NCBI GenBank assembly: GCA_964016885.1 | Contig: OZ024750.1 | Span: 12,090,001-12,154,000, forward strand | DNA length: 64,000 nt | Source of the DNA: Eledone cirrhosa | Taxonomy: Eukaryota | Direction: 5' to 3' | In this document: piece by piece, positions 54,927-64,000 of the stretch | How positions within the stretch are numbered: the stretch's first letter is position 1 | Layout of the letters: the number at the start of each line of letters is the position of its first letter | Made by a program: the position numbers and the translations under genes | Notes under the pieces: generated by a model | Databases searched by the model: none | Told to the model about the DNA's origin: nothing | The model's input: the letters and a program-made list of their open reading frames with translations, nothing else

Positions 54927-55567
54927 ATTATAATAGAATAATCGAGTATCGAAAAATCAGCTCACGAATTTACGATAAACAAAATCCGACATGAGTGGCA
55001 GAGGACTCAATAATTCAGATAAATCAGAGCTATAACTATCGTTAAGATACCAACACACAAAGATTATGCCTAAAATCACCCGTACAGCCGAAAAATTACG
55101 ACCAAGAAGATTCGGGTCACTCAGATAAAATATCAATAAATCAATAAATCATATGAATATTATATATATATATATATAATTACTGTTGGCGAGGACAATG
55201 AAGCAAAACTGGCGGACGGTGCCGAACTAAATTGATTGAGGTATTTACTTTCACAGTTCAGATTCCCTGTGTTGACTTTGGTTTAACCCAGGAGTCAATA
55301 AATAAAAACCAGTAATCTACCCGAGTCAATTTTACGTTGCAATACGCCTTCTCCATAAAGTTATGGCCTTGTAATAAATAACGTTGATGAATGAAAATAT
55401 TTTATATACATATTTCTCGAATATTTTCTCATCTAAATAGAAAATATTACTGGACAGTTCAATTAACCTGGGAAAACAGTCTTTTAAAGAGATGTTTCTA
55501 AATAGGAATGATATTTAAAATATAACTGATATTCCCAGAAGGTGTTCAACAAACAGGTTTTACATAT

Positions 55568-55615
<48 letters not shown>

Positions 55616-55703
55616 TAGATATATGCCCCCCCCCCACACTCAAGAGCGTGAAACTAATAAACCTTTGTTCGTACTGCCTCTCTGTTTTGTTCCTATTCCA
55701 TTT

Positions 55704-55777
<74 letters not shown>

Positions 55778-56106
55778 AAAGATGAATATAAAATGAAAGT
55801 GCTTTTATAAAGGAATTTATTAGGTATTGACATATGTTTCTGTAACAGACGGAATACCTATGTATCGCTGCTTGCGTAATCATATAATGTTAGCAAGTAT
55901 TCGATAGCAAATGTATAATCAGTTGTCACTTCTTCAGAGATATTGGATAAATTGGAATAAAATCAGAAAAATTAAAGTATTTATATTAGTTGTAAGAAAG
56001 GAAGAAGAGAAGGGATAGTATATGACAGATGTCAATTCAATTTGGTGGTAAACAAGTTCATCTCTAACGTGACGATATATTATCACTACATTATTGATAA
56101 CTTGAA

Positions 56107-56153
<47 letters not shown>

Positions 56154-56196
56154 TAACAGATTAAAGTTTAAGCAAAGTCTTCAAATTTATTATTAT

Positions 56197-56230
<34 letters not shown>

Positions 56231-56235
<5 letters not shown>

Positions 56236-56425
56236 AACAAGTAAGACCCCGACGGCTGAGCTCAAGCCGTTTCGACGACTAATTCTGGCCAGAATTAGTC
56301 GTCGAAACGGCTTGAGCTCAGCCGTCGGGGTCTTACTTGTTCCTATTACCCACTCTACTACCCTAAGTATTGAGTACTTCGGTGCGTTATGGTCCACCTG
56401 GTTCCTTACCACATTTCCTTCGTTA
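56231..56425 (+). mobile_element. (TA)n-embedded short element starting with a perfect 116-bp palindrome (56231-56346)
   Basis: 58-bp arms are exact reverse complements, centre aattctgg|ccagaatt; tail shared with 36620-36697 and 37228-37305. Confidence 0.8.
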
Positions 56426-56481
56426 TATATATATATTACCGCTGGAGAGAACTCGTCCATGGATCTCGGGAATTTTACCCG

Positions 56482-56546
<65 letters not shown>

Positions 56547-56733
56547 ATTAGTTCCACAACAAATTAGCAATCCATACTCAGCACAACCTCACTTAGGTTG
56601 AACATTTGTTGGATAAAACGTGCGTCGTCAAGTATGATTTGCTAATTTATTTTGGAACTAACTCTATATCGAACTGGTCCTCTCTGGACTGAGTTCTCTA
56701 CTTACTACGGATGTAATCTCCCAATTTTTATTC

Positions 56734-57250
<517 letters not shown>

Positions 57251-57382
57251 TATATATATATATATATACGTATATATATAATTCTTATATATATATATAC
57301 GTATATATAAATCTATATATACATATATATAAATATATATATACATATATATATACATATATATATATAAACATATATAAAC

Positions 57383-57415
<33 letters not shown>

Positions 57416-57417
57416 CG

Positions 57418-57450
<33 letters not shown>

Positions 57451-57473
57451 GTATATATAGATTTATATATACG

Positions 57474-57515
<42 letters not shown>

Positions 57516-58046
57516 CGTATATATATATATATATATACGTATATATATATATATATATATACGTATATATATATATATATATATATATACGTATATATAT
57601 ATATATATATATACGTATATATATATATATATATATATATACGTATATATATATCTATATATACGTATATATATATATATATATACGTATATATATATAT
57701 ATATATATATATACGTATATATATATACGTATATATATATATAAAATATATGGACAATAGGATGGTTCTGTAGTTGCTAGTTAAGGTAGGCTTGCAAATA
57801 AGAATAAAAATAAGAAGCAAGAATGGGGGGGGGGAGTTTTCCCCATCAGTTGTCTACGGAGAGTCTCAGATATTTCAACGCTTCGAGACCCCCAGTAGAC
57901 GACTGATGAGGAACCCCCCCCCCCCGTTCTTGCTTTATTCTTCTTCTTCTTCTCCTCCTCCTTATTTTAAAGCCTATGTATATATATATATATATAAAAT
58001 AAAGTTAAATAAAATGTCAAATGTTTAAAATTTAGCTTCATTTATT

Positions 58047-58101
58047 ACTGCTATATATATTTCGGTGACAGCCATCTTTGGCTGTGACCTCTTCAGGCAG
58101 T
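58047..58101 (-). ncRNA. Minimal type I hammerhead ribozyme, intact core
   Basis: Minus strand: actgc-CTGAAGA-ggtcacagcca(aaga)tggctgtcacc-GAAA-t(atat)a-TA-gcagt; predicted AUA cleavage between 58052 and 58051. Confidence 0.8.
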
Positions 58102-58391
58102 CCGAATTAGTGTGGTATAGACAAGTACATATGTTGTTCAGGTGTATAATTTTGTCAATACTCTGATATGCCCAGTTCCTGGTTGGGTTGTTATTTCACT
58201 GAGGAACTGGAATCATATGAATTCAAACAAACGAATTTCAGTGTCAAAGGGCCTCTTCTCCTCTCATTCTAAGTGTTGTTATTGTTGGAGTTAGCTTAAA
58301 AAATTGATAAAGTGGTAGAAGGAACAAGGTGGTAAAGGAACAAAATAACAATCTGCATACTGAGGTGTTGGTATACAACCAACATATACTC

Positions 58392-58499
<108 letters not shown>

Positions 58500-58569
58500 A
58501 TCAAGGTTTAGCAAATAAGAAAAAGTTTCAAAATAAATTTCAAAAAATTCCCTGTACTCACTATAGTTA

Positions 58570-58654
58570 CCTTTACCGAATCGGTTTCGAGTCTCAAAAA
58601 TAAATGGACAGTCCTTGCGGCCTTCCATTGAAAAGATAAACTCTCGTCAGAAGG
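58570..58654 (-). ncRNA. Type I hammerhead ribozyme, intact core
   Basis: Minus strand: cctt-CTGACGA-gagt[47 nt]actc-GAAA-ccg(att)cgg-TA-aagg; predicted GUA cleavage between 58574 and 58573. Confidence 0.78.
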
Positions 58655-59169
58655 ATCTTTTCACTCGGAGAATATAAAATTCCCGAGTTCAAATTACGAA
58701 CTGGCGCTATTCAAAATTGTTCCCGAGATGAGAATGAATGATGAGGAAGCAATTCTGTCCAGTGCCGTGTGTAAAGATAGAAGCAGAGGCATATATATGT
58801 ATATATGTTGTATAGTTTTACTACTGGTGATAAATTTAACAAGTTTTATTTTCGTATTTTATATGAAAAGTTTAGTAGTTATTACTAACATATGTGACAC
58901 GAAAGTTGATGAACCATAACTTTCCAGAGTGTTTAGACTGATATCTCTTTGATATTCATTTATAATTACGGCACAACGCTATAATATTTGGTCAGAAAGG
59001 CAAAATTTACTAAATCAACCCCCAGTACATTGTATCGACTCTCGAAGGGTGATAGGCACAAATCTAGCACATTTGGAGGAAGGGCAAAGTTGACTAAATC
59101 AACCCCACTGGCATATCTGCATCAATAATAGATATATCTGCTAGAAATCCAAACATTGTGATACATAAT

Positions 59170-59356
59170 TGTTTCTACTTTTGGCACAAGGCCAGCAATT
59201 ACTCAGTACATTACTGGTACTTTTTTATCGACCCCGTAAGGATGAAAGGCAAAGTTGACCTCGGCGGGATTTGAACTCAGAATGGAAAGGGCCGTAACTC
59301 TATGCGTCAAAGCATGACGTCCGACCCTCTACCGATACTGCCAATCCACCGCCCTA
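59170..59356 (-). mobile_element. Full-length family-1 SINE with TSD
   Basis: acattgtgatacataat duplicated on both flanks. Confidence 0.9.
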
Positions 59357-59917
59357 CATTGTGATACATAATGTACGTAATAAATATATATTTATTCCTT
59401 TTTACTGCAAAGAGTTAAACATTAAATTTTTCATCTTTTAATGTTTAATTTACAATACTTTATCTTTCAAGCTGATCTGGTGTAGTAAAATCGCCGAGAA
59501 TGATACAGCCTAGTTGAAATGTTGTTGTATATTGGGTGTAGATATAAATAACAAACACAGCAGGTTATCTCTGTGGTATACTTTTATCACAAACAATGAT
59601 ATCTCCAATCCACTTTACAAAAGCAGCATGGATGGAAACATGTAAATGAGGCCAGTAATAGAAACCAAAGTCAATCGCACGCACTTACTGAGCACAATAC
59701 GGCCAGAGAGATACAATCAGTCAACACGTTGAACATAGGCGGCATACGAAGTAGGAGAGGGGACATTCTCAATTTCATGGTGTATCCAGGTGTACAGAGG
59801 AAGAGGAGGGGGTGGTCCTTAAAAACTTTGTTCTCTGGACGTGAGAAAATCTAATTTTCCAGTACACCCAGCATTTTATTATATGCATTTCAAAGTTCGC
59901 ACACACACACACACACG

Positions 59918-59949
<32 letters not shown>

Positions 59950-59955
59950 TGTATG

Positions 59956-60006
<51 letters not shown>

Positions 60007-60157
60007 GATTCTTCGTTTTCCATATTATATATATATATATATAAATCAGGATGGAATCGGTTTGAAACTAGTTAGACCATTACTCAACAGAGTACTCGAT
60101 ACATGGGAGGTAGTAGAGTATGGTTATATTATAAAGAGCCGAGACCCGACCCTTTAT

Positions 60158-60193
<36 letters not shown>

Positions 60194-60485
60194 AAGACGC
60201 TCATCTATGTGAAGTCGCGAGCAGAAACCTTAGGAGCTCACTGTCGAATATTTTCTTCCTAAATATACCAACTCTACATCACATGTATCGAGTACTACTT
60301 TGATTGGTGGTCTTTCCTGGCTTAGCACCATAGACACACACATACACAAACACACATTGAAATGTCTTCGTCCCATCGTAAATGACAATAATAATGATTT
60401 TTTTATTAGCCACACAGGGCTCATATTAAGAAAACATTAAAGACGACACATGACGGTACAGTGTGGGTGTTTTAAATGTAAAACA

Positions 60486-60525
<40 letters not shown>

Positions 60526-60929
60526 TATTATTGTAATTATCCGCCCCAGACACGTTAGCAACACTAATAAGAGTCACACCTGTTCGCATAGATTCAACAA
60601 CTCTTTAGAGCTGAAGCCTTAAAGATAAAGTCTACTGTTTGGTTAAAGAGAAAATAGTTTTATAAATACCCATAACCCAATATTCTAGTAAGAACTTCTA
60701 TTTATATATATTTTCCCTATCAGGAATTCAAACGAATTCTTCGGTTGGAAACAACAACAAAATTACAACTGTCTAAAGAAAAAAAGAAGCATGGTTAAAT
60801 AATTCTTCATTAACAAAAGGTATCCACCAATGGATAGTGTTAGCTCTGACCCGAGGAAGACGAGAAGTGGAGTTTGTAATATTCCTACCATTTTATATAG
60901 GAATGACAAATTACTACTTACTACTAGTT

Positions 60930-61170
60930 CGACGTTAAACTCTGCCAGTTGTAGTCTGAGCATCAACATGAGATATTTTTCTCCACAAAGTTCGATCACC
61001 AACAGCAGAATTTAACGAGCAAAGATCAAGTCCAGTCCATTGGTTGACATTATCAAGCCATCGTTTTGGCTGCCGGCCTCTGCTTCTCTTACCAACCAAC
61101 CTTCCTTCCAGGCACAACCTACTCACACCATGAGTTGATCTTTTTATATGACCGTATAGTTTGAGTACTC
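60930..61170 (-). mobile_element. RTE-clade LINE 3' end fragment
   Basis: SRLCLEGRLVGKRSRGRQPKRWLDNVNQWTGL...DRTLWRKI; homolog of 9995-10240. Confidence 0.82.
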
Positions 61171-62579
61171 TTGACTTGACAATTGATGTAATTGTCTAAA
61201 TCTAGTAATGTTGAGCAGCTCACTGATACAAATTAAATGAAGTGAAATAACTTGAAGTGAGAATCGAAACCGGACCGGAAACGCCATTCACTATTTGGCT
61301 TCTCTTTTTAGCTGGGTAATTTATTCAATTATTTGCTTTAAGATTTCTTAATCTCCAAAGAATATAGTTTTAGCCATAGAAGTAACATAACTGTTAAGGA
61401 GCTAATTTTAGAGCTGTTTGGTTTAATAGTTTATCTACATTAGCTGCAAGGAGACTTGAAGTGTATTCATGTATTCTTCCCTGGTCCCTTTCACGGTGAT
61501 TTTCAGAAGCCCCAAATGAGGATCAACAGAAATAAAAGTAATAGTAAGAATTAAAAGAATTTATGATAAAGAGATGAGAAGGTTAGCAAAAGACAAAAGC
61601 GAAGGAAAATAAAATTACATTGACAATAGAAGGATGGGTGGTAATGAAAAAGAGTCGCTACAGTTTACAATTTTCAATAAAGCTGCATCAAGATGCATTC
61701 ACACATGATAAGCTAATACTTCGTCTAAGTCATACAGGCATAGATAATAGTCGTCAGTTTAATATGATTCTAACGATGATTTAGACCGTCTCTGTTCCAG
61801 GAATAAAATTGGCGCCATAATATGTGGTTGGATTGATTGATATGTAGTTCTAGCAGCGTTGTCTTTAAAGTAACAGAATTGGAAGACAGAAAAAAAGAAA
61901 TTTGAAAGCAAACAGCTCCAGTTTATGTTAAATCACTTCACAGGCGACTATAAAAGTGAAGTTATCGTCTATGAGTAGTTTTTCAAATGAAGTGGAAATT
62001 ATTTATCTGCTTAAAGAATATTTAGATACGAGTTTTTTTGCTTGAGAGTTCTTTTAACAGTTAAACACTTTCATGTAAGATAGATAGTTTATACATAATG
62101 TTTTCAGAGGCGACATCAAAGAACATTGCTTTAAGGCACATTATTATATAATATTTTGCAAAAAGCAACAAATGAAAAACGTAGAAAATATTAGTTTCTA
62201 GGCATGCGACTCTACATTAATCTATCGGTATAGCTGAAAGAGCAGGTTTGCTTTATTAGAGAAGTTGCCAATCTTTTGATAGAGTTGCATAATCAGCTGA
62301 AGTAGTTAAAAAATATTAGTTTATTTAATGAGTTATTTATACATAAGTATATAACTTGGAATTTGTAGACTTACGACAAATAGGAAAATGTGGCGTTCAT
62401 GCATTTTTCGAAGGCATATGTAAAAAAAGAAAAAAATATTCCAGTGGAGAAATAATACTGCCAGCTTTAGCTAACGGAGAACTTGCTATTACTTCACAGA
62501 GTTTACTTAGAAAAGAATACAAAACATGTGGGACTAACAAGTAAAAATACATCTCATCAATCTTCCTCGTCAACCTTTT

Positions 62580-63445
62580 CCGGGACCATGCAATTTTTGT
62601 GTATAAGAATAGCATCCCCTGGGCCTTCCAGTTTTGTGTATAAGAATAGCATCCCCGGGACCATGTAATTTTATGTATAAGAATAGCATCCCCGGGACCA
62701 TGTAATTTTATGTATAAGAATAGCATCCCCGGGACCATGGAATTTTATGTATAAGAATAGCATCCCCGGGACCATGGAATTTTATGTATAAGAATAGCAT
62801 CCTCTGGGTCATGTAATTTTATGTATAAGAATAGCATCCCCGGGGCCATGGAATTTTATGTATAAGAATAGCATCCCCGGGACCATGGAATTTTATGTAT
62901 AAGAATAGCATCCTCTGGGTCATGTAATTTTATGTATAAGAATAGCATCCCCGGGACCATGGAATTTTATGTATAAGAATAGCATCCCCGGGACCATGGA
63001 ATTTTATGTATAAGAATAGCATCCCCGGGACCATGGAATTTTATGTATAAGAATAGCATCCTCTGGGTCATGTAATTTTATGTATAAGAATAGCATCCCC
63101 GGGACCATGGAATTTTATGTATAAGAATAGCATCCTCTGGGTCATGTAATTTTATGTATAAGAATAGCATCCCCGGGACCATGGAATTTTATGTATAAGA
63201 ATAGCATCCTCTGGGTCATGTAATTTTATGTATAAGAATAGCATCCCCGGGACCATGGAATTTTATGTATAAGAATAGCATCCTCTGGGTCATGTAATTT
63301 TATGTATAAGAATAGCATCCCCGGGACCATGGAATTTTATGTATAAGAATAGCATCCTCTGGGTCATGTAATTTTATGTATAAGAATAGCATCCTCTGGG
63401 TCATGTAATTTTATGTATAAGAATAGCATCCTCTGGGTCATGTAG
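62580..63445. repeat. 37-bp tandem satellite, about 23 copies, two unit variants
   Basis: Constant aattttatgtataagaatagcat plus variant A ccccgggaccatgg or variant B cctctgggtcatgt; no spacers. Confidence 0.96.
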
Positions 63446-64000
63446 TTACGTGCATAAGGATTATATTGCATCACACTGAACCTAGGCTGCGCGACGGTTT
63501 GAACAAATCGCCGGAAAAGTGGATAAGAGAGAAAACATACAGAGAGACAGAGAAATAAAACAGTATAACTGTATATTAGGACAGGATAAGGTTCGGGCAA
63601 GTTGTGCAAATGGTAACACAGAAAGGAGGGAAACACAAATAGATTTCCATAAGAAAAAGAGAGAGTGGGATCGAGTATTGTCTGCATGCACACATATATT
63701 TAACCCCCCCCCCCCTCCCCACACACACGCACACATGTATATATATATAGTAATCTCAGTTTGACAATCGCCACCGACGAAAGTTCTCCAAGAAAGTTAA
63801 CCAGGAATTTTAAAAATTCTTCCCACCGAAGTTAACAAACAACTTATTAGATCTACCAACTCATAATATTATAATATTATAAAATTAAATCAAATTATTT
63901 AGAACTGCAAGTGAAGTCATTCTTTTCCTTTTTTTCATATATATAAATATATATATAGTAATAATAATAAATGTGAAGACTGAAATCCGAAGAGGGCTCG

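Noticed and set aside
62580-63445. CRISPR array (37-bp repeat length)
   Set aside because: Units are directly adjacent with only two recurring variants; no spacers

Overview
AT-rich, microsatellite-dense eukaryotic genomic DNA. The SINE families and repeat content point to a coleoid cephalopod, probably Octopus (inference from recalled repeat sequences, not a search). Nearly all entries in the ORF track are microsatellite artefacts. The one real gene is on the minus strand: nine coding exons at 13464 down to 578 with consistent GT-AG boundaries and phases (1650 nt, 550 aa). It encodes a signal peptide, two EGF-like repeats and several fibronectin type III domains, i.e. the ectodomain of a receptor PTP-like or Tie-like receptor whose 3' end lies outside the window. 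The remaining ~50 kb is repeats: tRNA-derived SINEs, fragments of RTE, Tx1/L1 and CRE-like LINEs, mariner/pogo/hAT/piggyBac-type elements and several minisatellites. The most notable unannotated signal is a set of short non-coding elements next to (TA)n tracts. They carry minimal type I hammerhead ribozymes (three with intact cores, at 29823-29945, 58047-58101 and 58570-58654, plus decayed ones) and fold-back palindromes, one a perfect 116 bp. These look like Penelope-like or retrozyme-like retroelement remnants. A 25-bp satellite also begins exactly at the splice donor of the signal-peptide exon.
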